The notes under the pieces were generated by a model. It was not told where the DNA came from. It did no database searches and was given only the letters and a program-made list of their open reading frames with translations. From NCBI RefSeq assembly GCF_008831285.2, contig NC_045138.2, positions 18,228,001 to 18,292,000 on the forward strand: DNA of 64,000 nt, in the 5' to 3' direction. This document shows, piece after piece, positions 41,801 to 54,960 of this stretch. Origin of the DNA: Nymphaea colorata. Its lineage: Eukaryota. Made by a program: the position numbers and the translations under genes. Positions within the stretch are counted from its first letter, which is position 1. Every line of letters starts with the position of its first letter.

Positions 41801-43138
41801 ATGGAAACAAACACCAGAAGAACGTCTAATTCACCATTAAATGTCGTTGGTTAGAGGAGGCACATCGACAAGAATCACACACTCTTCATACATAGGAGAA
41901 GAAAGCTTAGGAAACAATAACAGGAGGAGAAATTTTGAAAAGGAAAAGAAAATCGCCAAAATCAAAATGCAGCAATAAAGAAAGTTTTGTGGAACATCCC
42001 TCAACGCAAACACGATTCAAACATCTATGCATGCACCTGAAGCCAAGATTTTAAACTTATACATTGAGAAGCAGCTAAGCATGAGACAATGACCACTACA
42101 GATGGGTTTAAGACAAGAATAAATGTGTAAGATAGTAACATTATGCATTTACATTTCAACCAAAACAACATGTTACAAAGTCAAGCACGAAGACCATAAT
42201 CAAAGAATTACAAATGAATATGCAATACAAGCCTAACATTTGATAGCGAGAAGAAAATAAACGAGAAACTGAAACTGCTGGTTTACAAAGTTCAGAAAGA
42301 GAGGAGACTTGGCATACCGCTGACGAAGTCACAGGCCAATCCCACAGGGAAGCTCATGGAGACCGTAAACAAACTGAGACGAAGAAAATTGAGCAGTTGC
42401 TTTTCACGGCAAAACTTGACAGGAATTAAAACTGCACGAGCAAAAAAGAGAAGTTAAATTAAGTTGATGAATTTTTCGGCAATCAAGAACTACCATGTGA
42501 GTGAACTAGTATATGATTCAGGATGAATCTATTTTGTGAAATGTGGGTTATTTAGTCTACACCCCTGTGCACAATTTACACGCACAGGTATGTAATGATC
42601 AAAATATATCAGAAAAAATATAAAAAGGAAGATTTTAGAAGGATGAAAGGAGATTATGAAATATTAAGTCCAAAATATATATTTTTTATAAAAAAATTCT
42701 AAAAATACCTCAACCCCTTCTTTTAGGTGTATTTGTTGCATGCAACGAGATGCATGCAACTCGATCTCGTGATTATTTGACAGTAAGAAACCTTCATTGG
42801 AAATTCCTTCGAAGGGAGCAAAGTGGAAAATGAGAGTGGCACTCACCGAAGTAACTTCTGACGAGGCTGGCATTGTAGGCTGCCGATCCGAGGGTCACTG
42901 GGGATAAGAAGTCGGTGACAGAATTGATGGTCATGACAATGGAGCAGACCAAGAGATTGACGAGGAGCTGCAGGAAGAGGATGGATTAGATCTTCATCGT
43001 GAATGGCCATGGAAGCCCAATGTCGCCCATCACCTGGGTGTGTAGTGTTTGTGTCACACTTACCTCGACGTTGTCACCTTCCATGTTGGTTGTCATCTCT
43101 ACCACCGTGCTGTTACTTCTACCCTGATAAAAAGCCAT
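38890..43138 (-). pseudogene. LFG: LIFEGUARD / Bax-inhibitor-1-like (TMBIM) gene, four exons (43138-42847, 42431-42318, 39346-39189, 39099-38890) with one in-frame stop
   Basis: Exons are joined at GT-AG sites in consistent phases and total 774 nt. Motifs: 'LPWPFTMKI*SILFLQLL', 'QLLNFLRLSLFTVSMSFPVGLAC', 'GRIVLEAVSVTVLLAVSLTLYVFWA', 'FSGYIIYDTSNLLK...YMDIINLFL'. They follow plant LFG 'LRWAFIRKIYSIL..QLL / HPVNYLLL..FT / G..ILE..ILT..V..SLTLYTFWA / GYIIYDTDNLIKR..YLDIINLFL'. TAA occurs at codon 51 (42986-42988). Confidence 0.88.
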
Positions 43139-44102
43139 CTGTAAATTGGTTAAAAACAAATCTTGGATCTGGATCCAAACAAATGAGAATAATAAATAAA
43201 ATCCAAAATATAAGAAATAGACCTTGATGCTCCCCTCCTGCGTCAGCCCCAACCATACAAAATCACATACAAAATCAAGTAATTATAATAAAAAAAAAAG
43301 AAAAAAAAGAAAACTGAAGGTCACTGTCTCCAGACAGAACACTTCGGAAGATGGTAGCCCGCAAGTTGGCACACTTGCTTCGGAAACCGCCATTACATAT
43401 CGAGTTAGCCCAAATGGCTTCCTCCAGTTAGCAATAAGTTGAATTTGTCTTCTTCGTATAATGTGGACTAAAGAAATTCAGCTAGATATTCATGATCAAT
43501 GAAATTTACGTTCCCTACTTGGTGCAAATTAGATGCCTACATCTTTTCATGTTGCTTTCTCATTCTACCTTCATTTTCTGAGATTGGCTTCAAGAAGAAA
43601 AGTTGGTGTGGCCAAATTGACCTTCGTATACTTTGTATAAGCATTAGGTTAGGTTACAAGGTGTTATACCCTATTAGCACGAAAGAGAGGAGAGGCCGTT
43701 TGACAATAGGAGCAGATCATTACTGTTTCAAGGTTCTACCATAAAAATTTGATGCTAAAACTATATTACAATATCCCAATTATACTATACTGAGCTTGAG
43801 TTTTATTTAAGACCGTGAATCACATTCACTGCAATCTTCCACCTTCGTAAGAAAGGCTATGATAACTAGATATTCATTAATGCGAAGGGTGAGAGTTTGT
43901 CTCCTAAAAGCAATTCTCTCTTTGAGCAAGCTAAAGCTGTTAATCTATCACTTAATTAAATTTTAAGCTCGCAAGAGATCTAGGGAAGATAGTGCAATCA
44001 AAGACAAGGAAAAAAAACAAAAGAAAAAACTTGGAGCACAACATTGTCAAGTCTAGATTGTCTTCTTACCTCTTCTGACATCATTTCCCAGCACAAGCAC
44101 AA

Positions 44103-44105
<3 letters not shown>

Positions 44106-44144
<39 letters not shown>
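44106..44144. repeat. (CT)n microsatellite
   Basis: Directly visible. Confidence 0.95.
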
Positions 44145-44147
<3 letters not shown>

Positions 44148-45007
44148 TTCTTCGTTTTCATCCCCCAACCTTCCTCATTTATAGAGGAGGTTGATTTTGA
44201 CAGGGTCTATTATGGATGTATTTATTATTTACTCCGTCCTGGTTTATTTTATTTTGAGGTCAACAAGGTTACAAGCGTGTCCAGTGGAGGAACTAACTTT
44301 TATTACATTTTGAACCTTCCTTTCTTTTGCCTTTATTCCAGAAGATGTAATCTCTTCCTACATTCCTGCAACTGTGACGGATCGATGATCTTATCTCAGG
44401 CGACGATGCCTGCATACATGTTACGATTGTTCCGGGCCCATTAATGATCGGGACCTTTTGTCCGTTACGCCAAAGCTTGTGCTCCGGCTGGAGGAGACAA
44501 CGGAAAATCATAATTTATGAGTTTCGGGACTGCACGTTGACGTTTGGGAGTCTGGTGCAATAAGGACGCCCCTATTTTAATATGGCGGGAGAAAGGAGCC
44601 CCGCAGCTGCCACCCAACCCACCATGAAGAAGAGTGAGAACCAGTGGTCTGGATTGAAGCTGACGGTGATCATAAGTGGGCACTACTAGTTGGTTTTTGT
44701 GATAGATAGAGAGTGAAATTAAACGCTAGTGGCCGCATCAGATATGTCGTCCGGTCAAGCGACTCTCCCGCGGTGGGCCACCAGCTTTGCATGGGTCCAA
44801 CACTCTGCAGCCCTAAAGTCCAATCTCTATAAAGCCAACGATCTAGGAAGCCAACGACACGTCATTCACATCTTAAAAAGTTTGATAACTATCAAAAAGG
44901 GAAGGAGGGTACCGTCACCTTCCTCCCCTTTTTGAAGATTCAGGCGGAGGTTTCCTTCTCCAATCGGAACTGAGGCAGATCCTTCTTGGACCCCGAACGG
45001 ATCTTAT

Positions 45008-45692
45008 TGGACTAGCTCAGCCTCAGACACTTTTGCGAGTGGTCGATCATGTTTCGGAAATAAAGGACTGTAAAAAACTTCCATGCTAAACCATATACTC
45101 CAGTGCTTCATTGGTCCCCCTCAAAGCAACCAAAGTCATTTTTTTCAAGGAATAGGGCTGCCCTGAGCACTTGTCTTGCTTTTAAAAAGGTCATCAAGCA
45201 AAGCGCATAGTCAGGTTATATGTCAAATCACTTTGTGTATAAAGGAAGATCCTTCTTGTACGAAGAGACGGCGGAAGCAAGAGCGAAACGAGTTCAACGT
45301 CCCCATGCCCTAACGGACGTTGGCTCCACTCGCCGGAACAATCGTAACATGCATGCAGGCATCGTCGCCTGAGATAAGATACCATCCGTTAGGGCATGGG
45401 GACGTTGAACTCGTTTCGCTCTTGCTTCCGCCGTCTCTTCGTACAAGAAGGATCTTCCTTTATACACAAAGTGATTTGACATATAACCTGAATATGCGCT
45501 TTGCTTGATGACCTTTTTAAAAGCAAGGCAAGTGCTCAGGGCAGCCCTATTCCTTGAAAAAAATGGCTTTGGTTGCTTTGAGGGGGACCAATGAAGCACT
45601 AGAGTACATGGTTCGGCATGACGTTTTTTACAGTCCTTTATTTCCGAAACAAGATCGACCACTGCAAAAGTGTCTGAGGCTGAGCTAGTCCA
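45008..45692. ncRNA. Long near-perfect hairpin (arms 45008-45317 / 45385-45692, 67-nt loop); candidate hairpin-siRNA precursor
   Basis: Arms are reverse complements, with an uninterrupted match of ~100 bp next to the loop ('...gagttcaacgtccccatgccctaacgga' / 'tccgttagggcatggggacgttgaactc...'). An extra arm copy lies at 45903-46082. Confidence 0.6.
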
Positions 45693-48600
45693 CTTTGTAC
45701 TTCGATAAAGAGCGAGGTTAGAAGGAAGTACTTGCAATTTTCCCATGGTTGAACCTCAAAAACATGAGATCTTGAAGGCGGTGAGAAAATCTGATTTTGA
45801 ACATATATGTCCATTGTCCATTTCCGATAGTAAATGGTCGCCACTACGAACGTTAATGATGTGCTTGTTGGGCTTTCCATTGAAAATATACGAGACCAAG
45901 GGACAAGAAGGATCTTCCTTTATACACAAAGTGGTTTGACATATAACCTGACTATGCGCTTTGCTTGATGGCCTTTTTAAAAGCAAGGCAAATGCTCAGG
46001 GCAGCCCTATTCCTTGAAAAAAATGGCTTTGGTTGCTTTGAGGGGGACCAATGAAGCACTAGAGTATATGGTTTAGCATGGACCATGATCGACGCCAAAA
46101 TCCCTCAGGGCAATCTTCACCTTCTTTACATTTGACTGTTTTCATTTTCCAAACACCCTTCAAATACATTATAAAGCTTGATTCATGAAAGTTGAACCAA
46201 ATGGCAAATTTCTCATGAGGAAGGTACTCCACACAAAAGGGTTTTTGTTCACGAAAATTTTATTGATGAGCATGAGAAGTATTTTATCCCAGCTTAAACA
46301 TCAATCCCGATCCTCACCCAAAATCCCCATGTTCATAGCGATAAAAAAAACAATGAAAGAGAGAGAGAGAGAAACTTGTGCATGCAAGTGATAATCCCTT
46401 TCTTGGAACAATCCAAAAAACCAACCTCATTGTCCAGCTATTTATGTTGCGTGCTTTAATCACCACCCTACGCAACGGAAGATGTCATATGGCACCAGGG
46501 CGGACCTTAGTTTTAAAGTTTAAAAACTAATCTGTGGTCCTTAGTTTTTCAGCCATTTTTTTTACTCTTTTTTCTTTCTCTCTAATGAAAGCTTTTAGTA
46601 GGGGCATGAACCAGTAAGGAAATGAAAGTGATACGAGACACGAAGAGTGGAGTGGGAATGCCCACAAAAGCTGGGGATTCTCTATCATTCTTAGGAATAG
46701 TGGTGGTGCCTCGGTTGATTTTCCATTTTATATATGTATGTGCAGCTTGTTGAATTTCAATTGTCAATAAGATTTCTTTCCTAAATGAAAGATTAATCAA
46801 TTATTTTTTTAATCCTATATTTTTTTTCCAAGTTCTAATAAGATTTCTTTCCTAAATGAAAAGATTCATAAATTATGTTCTTTTGTTACCTTTTCATTTT
46901 CAATTTTAATAACATTTTTATTCCTAAATGAAAATATTCACAATTAGCTTTAAGATTTATCTTTATTTACTGTCCTAAAGGGCTTAACTTAGTTGTTTAA
47001 GCTTTTGGTAAATGAGGTTTTCCATTGTTAGCCAGCATTATATCTCTATGGTGTATGAGTAGGGATGTTAAGTGATCAGATTCAACTGAAATATACCATT
47101 CACCGCATCCACTTTTGCAGATATTCACAAACTCACATTCTAATATGAACTAAGAAAAGTCACGTCCGAATTCGAACCTGCAATTTCATAATCTGAATCT
47201 GAATTTTACATTTTTATCCAAATTCAAATTTTGAACCGAATTTGACCAACTTTAAAAATGTAAGAGTATCGGATATGGGATATATGTTTAAAAATAAATA
47301 TTTCGATTCGAATATGTATCTAATAGGATATTTATTTATATCTGAATTTATATCTAAATGCAATCAGATGTCATTTCTTAAATCTAAATATGACCTATTC
47401 TTTTAATCAAATACTAAATTTTCCATTATATCTGATTTTTTTGGAATGGCTTTGTTGGACATCTAATCCAAATCAAATGCATTGACATCGCTACCATATG
47501 AGGTAAAACGAGGTACCTAATTGACAATGTTGTCGCTACATCAAACGCGGATGCAACTCTGTGCCTTATTGGCGAGGGAAAGAAGAGAGGGTTTAAGTTC
47601 TCACGCAATTAGATTTGCAAATAGCAGCACAAGCTGCGGAGTTGGATGGCCTAGCTAGGTCAGAGAAAAGTGAATTTCATTAAAGTTTAATTGCACACAC
47701 ACACACACACACACAAGGAAGTAGACTCCAAGTTAACCTCCAAAGTTTTATGGTAAGAAAAAGACACCCTCAAGATGGTGATAAACAACTTAACTGATTT
47801 TATACTAAATAAGTTTCTCATAATTTTTTTATTGGAAATCATGTCCACCTCGATCATGCCTTTGGAAATAATTACTATCCCAATTTTTTTGTGCAATATT
47901 ATTTGTTGATCTTTGATGTCCTTAATCTAGGGATGTCAATGGATCGAAGTCGAATGAGTTACATACCCTCGACTGTATTCATTTTATTCGATATCCACAT
48001 ACTCAGATTCAACTTCAGATTCAAATACAAATGGAGAAAAATCGTATCGGAATCCAAATTTTTAACCGAATTTGGCCTACATTCAAAGTGTAAGAGAATT
48101 AGATATATGATATTGGTTTAAAAGTAAATCCAATCCAAATCCATATCTAAATCCCATCAGATATTTATGTATATCTGAATTCAATGGGATGTCATTTCTC
48201 AAATCCGAATCTGATCCGATTTTTTAATCAGATATTAACTTTTTTTCCAATATCCAATTTTTTTCACAATGGTTTTCTTGGATATCCCCAATCCGAATCA
48301 GATACATTGACATCCTTACCTTAATTTCCTTTTTTTCCCTTTCAAATAACATGATAATTTTGTTTGTTAAACTTGATTTCATTGTTTTTTTTTCTTTTTT
48401 ATATACAAAACACCAGGTTTGAAACTTGGGCGCATTGCATATAGGATGAGTTAAATCATTATAGAATTGTATATTAAAAAACATCTTTTTTTATAAGTTC
48501 ACCATATTTTAGATTTAGTGATTATTTATAAGGTCAAGTGGAGAAAGTGAAAGTATTAAAAACAGAGGGACTGATATCTTTTGTGTGTGTCTGGAGAGAG

Positions 48601-50674
48601 GGAGAGAAATGACTAATGTCTTTTGCATCTATTTTCCTGGGTGACATATATATATATATAAGCCATTCATTTTTGCTCATTATAGAAACACTATCAAAAA
48701 CAAAAAAATGATCATCTTAATATATATTTTGCATCAACATATACTTATGGTTATTTTGGTAAGGTTAGATTTCAAAAAAATCACTTTAAATATCATATTT
48801 AATGGCCTTGGTTTTTGTCCTTGGCCTATCGGTCTGTCCTTTACCAATCACCCATATATTTAGAGAAACTGGTAGAAGTGAGACACTTAGGTCGGGGATG
48901 AAAACTAGACCCTTTAATTTTTTTCTTAAAAAAATTATTTCAAATAAAATAAAAACATGTTAAGATACTTATTAAAACTATTTTGATATAAAACATTCTT
49001 TCTATTTAACTTCATTCGGGATTGTCATTGTTGTTTAATCTTTCTTGAGAATTCTTTTCGCATGGGATGGAAATGTTTGTAATTATTTATGCTAAAATTG
49101 ATTGTGAAAATTTTCTCCCATTGATAATTTCTTCTTTGGAGCAGGGGTGGGATTGGTTCTGTCCAATAATTAAGATCATTAAATATGGTGATCATGGGCA
49201 GAAGTTACTAGATTGTTGTCAACAGTGTCAGAGTATATCTCGTGGGGTGTTTATATATATATATATAACAGTTGTCCATACCTCTCACCATGTGGCTCCG
49301 CCACTGGTCATGGGAGTTCCTACTAAAATGCATTGATGGAATGCTAGCTCGTAATTTTTTCAACAGTCAAGAGACAACCAATTTTTATACCGCATTGAAT
49401 GAAACATGAAAATAAGAGGTCTGAATGAAAAATATCAAGTATTGGCAGACGTTGGGTTATGGAACCTGAAACTTTTAGTTCCACCGCACAAATGAACCAG
49501 TATTAAATACCAGAGATTTTAACTCCAAACATTTTTTCATAAAATAATCAAATGATACCTTAAAGGAGGAAAACTTGGCGCTTGAGCTCTAGCTCAAGAT
49601 AGCTCAAGCATAATAAGAAGAAGGAAAGCCGACAGGTTAGAAGACATGATCATATGTTGAGCCTTGATATTCATAAGGAGGAAGAGGTGAGCCATTCTTC
49701 GAGAGCTTTATATAACTTACCTTTCTTCATTATTGGAAAATGAATGCGTCCAAAATTTTCATATTTGCCTAGACACTGACTGCCATATATAGGTTCAAAA
49801 TATTTGAGTCCTTATATTCAAATTTTCATGTAATTATGGTGATGCTCGGACATACACTTCAGTATCTAATCTCACTTTTCTGCTGTAGTAAATGAATTAC
49901 CTTAAGTCCATATATTGACTAATTGAGCAACTTAAATAAAGTATCTTCTTAAGCTCTTATTAAAATTACATTTCTGCATCACCTTAGACCTCCTTCCCAT
50001 TTTTGTAGTTTTGTATCTGAAGTTTAGCTCATCCTGGCCGTTCAGTCTGTAGGCTTTGCAGGTAGTGTGGGCACGGTATGGTTGGAGAAGAAGAGTTGCC
50101 ATTGGCGGTACGTGAGATGGGACCCGGACCTCCTCATTTATGCCTCAAGGGCTGCCAAGTTCTCCTTTGCTTGACTTCTCGCTTCTTATTGGTTTCTATC
50201 TTTTTCCTTCTTCCTATACGAAAAATCATACCCACATTGACAACGCCAACTTTCTCCGAGTTCCAAATAAGAAATACATAAAATCTTCGGGTTCAGACCC
50301 GAACCATATCAGATCCAAATCGTTAAATTGAGTCCAGTATTTCACCAATATGTTCAGCAATCGTTAAAGGGGTAGATAAGATGATATATAGATAATGTGT
50401 TAGGGTCGATCCAAATCGATAATGGATGACATATGATATGTGATCCAATCTGCTCTATCCCTCCAAGGGTATCTACAAACAGTTCGTTGAAAGGAATCCC
50501 TTGCTCAACCACGCAAATTCACCAAAGTGGTTCACCAAACCCAGCCCCGACTGAAATTGGTTCAACCAAATACCCGATCCGAACCTACACCACATTGCCA
50601 ACTTCTTTTAACTCCTTATTTATCTCCAAGCCCCTCAACACATGTTATTGTCTTGTTGTCTTTGGCTTTGCTTC

Positions 50675-50800
50675 TTGGGTGACTGTTCATCCAAGACGGG
50701 TTTTTGATGCAGTGCTGTTCAACCACGAATTGAACATGCTAACGATCCGATCGAAAGAGCTATATCCATATAACTCCCACTTCATACTCCTTCAATTATA
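50675..50800 (+). pseudogene. GT17 glycosyltransferase fragment (mirror of the ~175-290 fragment)
   Basis: 'HPRRVFDAVLFNHELNMLTIRSKELYPYNSHFILLQ' matches GT17 'SPRRVFDAVLFSNE.D.LTIRWKELYPY..QFVLLE'. Confidence 0.8.
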
Positions 50801-50842
50801 TTAAATATCACACTCCTATATAACCTTCAGCCCATATATGTT

Positions 50843-51909
50843 CTAACTGAGTGAAGTAAATAAAGTATCTGTTTAAGCTCAGATTAAGATTACTTTTCAG
50901 CATCCTGAGATCTCTGCCCATTTTTTATAGTTTCTGAATTTAAAGTATGCAGTTCCAAAATTCATTACTTGTTTTTCTCTACGTGTTTCTCGTCGGTTTA
51001 TAGAGAGAGTTGTTCTTAGTATGCAATTCCAGACTTATTTAAAGTATGCAGTTTCCAAAATTGATTACTTATTTTCTCTGTGTTTCTCTTGGTTTATAGA
51101 GAGAATTGTTCTTAGTATGCAATTCCAGAGTTGATTCCTTATCTTCTCTTCGTGTTTCTCTTCAGTTTACAAAGAGAACTGAAGTTAGAAGCGGGAGATG
51201 GCGAGCTTTGACAAGGCCTCTTTTTCCGAGGAGTTGGCGGGTTTCTTCCCCGGCCACTCTCCATTCATTTCCGTTTCCATGTAAACTCCACCCGACCATC
51301 CATGCTAGTTTGAGAATTCTCCGGCAAACAGTCCCATCATTTCCTTTAAATTTTTGAATTTCCAGACCCTTCACTCCCATCCCATTAGTCCGCCTGCATT
51401 TTTTCCCGTGAACCAATGGCAGTCTAATGTGTTTTTCAGTTTAACCGCAACCATCTGTCGACCTTCCTTTGACGCTTACATTGGACCCGAGCAGCCTGAT
51501 GCAATCGCGAAAGGAAGGTCGATTGATGGCTACGATTCAACTGAAAAGAAGGTTAGCCGACCGTTGGTTTAGGGGAAAAAAGGAGGTGGAGTAATGAGAG
51601 GGCAGTCAGGGAGAATTCTCAAACTATCAAGGTAGTGTTTCTGCAGAAACAGGAAAGAATCGAAAATGGCTAGGGAAGAAATCTGCTCACCTCCTCGAAA
51701 GAAGAGGCCTTGTCAAAGCTCGTCTTGTTGGGCTCCCAACTTCAATTCTCTCTAGATACTGAAGAAAAACACACAAAGAAATCATAATAATGATAATCAA
51801 TTCTGGAACTGCACGCTTCGAACTAAGAAAATACAAAACTTGGGCAGAGATCTCAATGATGTTGATCAAAAGTAGGTCTGAAGATACTTTATTTACTTCA
51901 CTCAATTAG
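50843..51909. repeat. Degenerate long inverted repeat (arms ~50843-51340 / ~51590-51909)
   Basis: Pairing blocks: tgagtgaagtaaataaa/tttatttacttcactca, gagatctctgccca/tgggcagagatctc, cgagctttgacaaggcctctt/aagaggccttgtcaaagctcg, tagtttgagaattctcc/ggagaattctcaaacta. The left arm has an internal ~100-bp tandem duplication. Confidence 0.8.
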
Positions 51910-53307
51910 TCCGGAAGGTTATTCTTTTACTGCAACAGAAGATTGTGATTAGATACTGAAGCGTAGGTCCGAGCATCACGAACGTGGATTACCAGACAAT
52001 TGATGCAAATAAACTAGACCCTTGGCATTTTCGTTGCAAGCCAGGACATCATTTTCAGTCCGTGCGGCGTCCGTCACATGGTCCCATATACCCATAACGT
52101 CATGTTGTGGGAAATTCTAGGCAGTCTTGTGTGGGGTTGCTGCTGATGAAGCTTCGGTCGCCTGCCTACTTCCGCGGGCGCCGACATAAACCGGCGTTGC
52201 GAAGATCGGTGCCTCTGGTATGCTGGCTGGCTCGATTCTACTCATAATACGGCAAATTTAGGCACTTCAACATATCGCTTAATAGCCGAGTTCAAATCTG
52301 TATTCCGGTTGAATTGGCGCAATGAATGGCGGTCGAGTTGCGTGCACGTAGTTTTTTTTTAAGGATGTTATTATATTTGATTTGGATAAAATATATTTGA
52401 CCTAAATTAGAAATGAAACAAAAAAAATCTGTTAAGAAACCAGAAATTGGATGCTGAATTAAAATGACATCTCATTAGGTTCGGATTAGGAACGGATTTA
52501 GTTTAAATAAATCTCATATATATACAATGCTTTTACATTTTGAAAGTCAGTCAACTTCGATTCAAAATTCAGATTTGAATTTAGACTTGAACGTAAAAAT
52601 CAGGTTCAGAGATCGCATTCAATTATGACGTTTCCTTATTCACTTAAGGTTATATCAGATTCAAATCCAATCCATTGGCAATCCTTATTCATTTTGATTG
52701 GGTGCAAAAAAAAGACGACATCAATATGCAAGTTGAAGCATGGTAACGATGTCACATTAAGTCATTGAACATAAGCCCCATACTCCAGAGGGATGGAAGG
52801 AAAGGTAAGGCTTCGGCTCTCTTGTTGGTCTGTAGGATAAAACACAGAAATTCTGTTCTGCTTTAAGATTGAAAGAATTCAAATCCATTAAATGTCAAAC
52901 AGTTGTGGAATGACTAAAGGTTTAGGTTATTTTGAATAACTAACTTGTAATTCTTAACTATCCGACAAACTATCTAGCATCCAACATGTATGAATCCTTC
53001 TTCGTCAATATACAATGCATGTATCCAATGTAAATTATATTCTTATCATATGAAAAATTGAAAGTTAGCTGCTGTATATTACCTGAAGAAGTCAGTTAAG
53101 TCAATTAAACTAGACGCTTGGCACTTTTGTGTGGAAGTAATTCTGAAACAGAAGTGGAATCTTCGTATGGCAGATAGCATTCATTTGTGGCTAAAAACAA
53201 AGGTGTCCTCCCCTTTCTGGTTGGTGCTGGCAAAGCAAATAATATGTGAAGGGATTTGAATCATTGATGGATCTCAGTTGGATATGGTAATGAGATTTAG
53301 ATTCACC

Positions 53308-53845
53308 TATGAAACGGCATATATAATCTGTGATATTTGCAAATCTAAACAACTTAGAGAAAAAAAATTGGAAAGGCCATTAATTTACAAACTTCAAAAA
53401 AAAGAAAATAAACAATGGATCATTTACCCATTTCAACTACGTTTTAGTTTCCTTGATTGGATACGCTGCCGTATGTATACCCAGTGCATTTAAGTTGAAA
53501 TGTTATCAGCCGTATTACAATAATAGCAATACTCTTCTTAACTTTTATTTTCCCTATAGAATTGTGTTTCTCATAAAGTTTCACGTTGCATAAATCCATT
53601 ATTTTACTGCCAAATATCATAACCTCCGGGCTGTAATTATGTTAACATAAAAGGGAAATGTTGGTGCCAATTGCCCGAAAAAAAATGTAAAAGTTTTTGG
53701 TATCCAAAATCTAAGAAAATTAATCCCGTGTGCGAAATCACAGCAAACAGATCGGACAAAAAATTAGAATATCCTTTGCGGTTGTCGCCAAGTGCCGGTC
53801 TCGGTGCCGCCCGGTAAGCATCCGTCTCCACCGTCTCCTATCGAC
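53308..53845. repeat. Dispersed direct repeat (partner ~63480-64000, running off the window)
   Basis: Homologous ORFs 53637-53831(-) and 63799-63993(-), plus continuous nucleotide match. Confidence 0.9.
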
Positions 53846-54509
53846 TCCACCCACCCTGCTCTCCTTTTCCGTTGACAGCGAGTTCTTTTCTATTTTGAAT
53901 AAAAGAGAAAGGAAATGTCTTAATGTAAATGTGAAGACCATTGGTCAAAAAAGTCGTCATTTTTTGCTATAGAAAAATATGGTTAAACACGAGGCTTGTC
54001 CTACTTTTGGCTTGATAAAAATTTTCCAAAATCCTATACACACCATGACTCGAATGATACGAACGGTGGCTAACTTAATATTAGGAAAACTGTCAGGACT
54101 TCTAAGCATAAACAAAATTCTTTAGATATGCTGATTATAGATAGTGTTGTTGCTAATGATGCTCACAGATCTGTAAATACACACACTCGTTTACTCTGAC
54201 TGTACTGAGACGTTTTTCCCTTATGATCTGCTGTCGTTTCCTTTTGTCTGTTTACAGTAGTGTATTAGCTTTTGCCTTTGTTCTTGGTTGGATTGTTCAT
54301 TCCTTTTGTACAGGTCTGGCTTTTTATTAATAAAGGTTGGGAGACCCATCTCCCTGCAGCCTCGCATCGAAATAAAAGACGAAGCAAAGGCAAAGAAATT
54401 GATTAATATTTTATGAGTAGCTTAATTTTTATTTATTTAAAACCATTTAACTATTTTATCATCCTAACTTTCTAGACCTTTCCATGTAAACAATAAAACA
54501 TTTTGTCAT

Positions 54510-54960
54510 AACTGTGGACCACCAGGAATGCCAATGTCCACTCTGAGATGGTGACTTCAGTTGTGGAAGATGCTCAAGTTGCTTGGAAATCTAGTGTGGA
54601 AGGTTTCCAAGCACTCTCACCTGACGACCTTAAGGAGCTAAGGGCCTGACTCCTCACCAGAATTGTTCCTGGCAGATGGAGGCTAGTGGATCCGTTGACA
54701 ATCCAGTTACAAGTGGTGTCCGTCGAGCAGAGACAAAAGAGATTCATGGCTCACTCCATCAAGGTCGTCTCCACTTCACATCACATGTAAGTCAAGGAAA
54801 GATCTGCATGGATGATGAATCAGGGTTTCCCAAGAATGTGGCTTTGTTTCAGGCCTAATGGGAGTCAGGGGCCAACAACAAAGATTGGCTGCAAGAGATT
54901 ATCCAAGGACCAAGAAAGATTCCTTGGCCTCTTCACGATATTGGAAAAATCCTTTATCAC
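54510..54960 (+). mobile_element. Possible decayed LINE 3' coding remnant
   Basis: 'LWTTRNANVH' and 'WLQEIIQGPRKIPWPL' loosely recall the W..RN motif and RNase H-like tail of plant LINEs. Weak evidence. Confidence 0.25.

Noticed and set aside
43990..44700. Possible solo LTR
   Set aside because: Composition is suggestive, but no TG...CA ends, TSD, PBS or PPT could be fixed.
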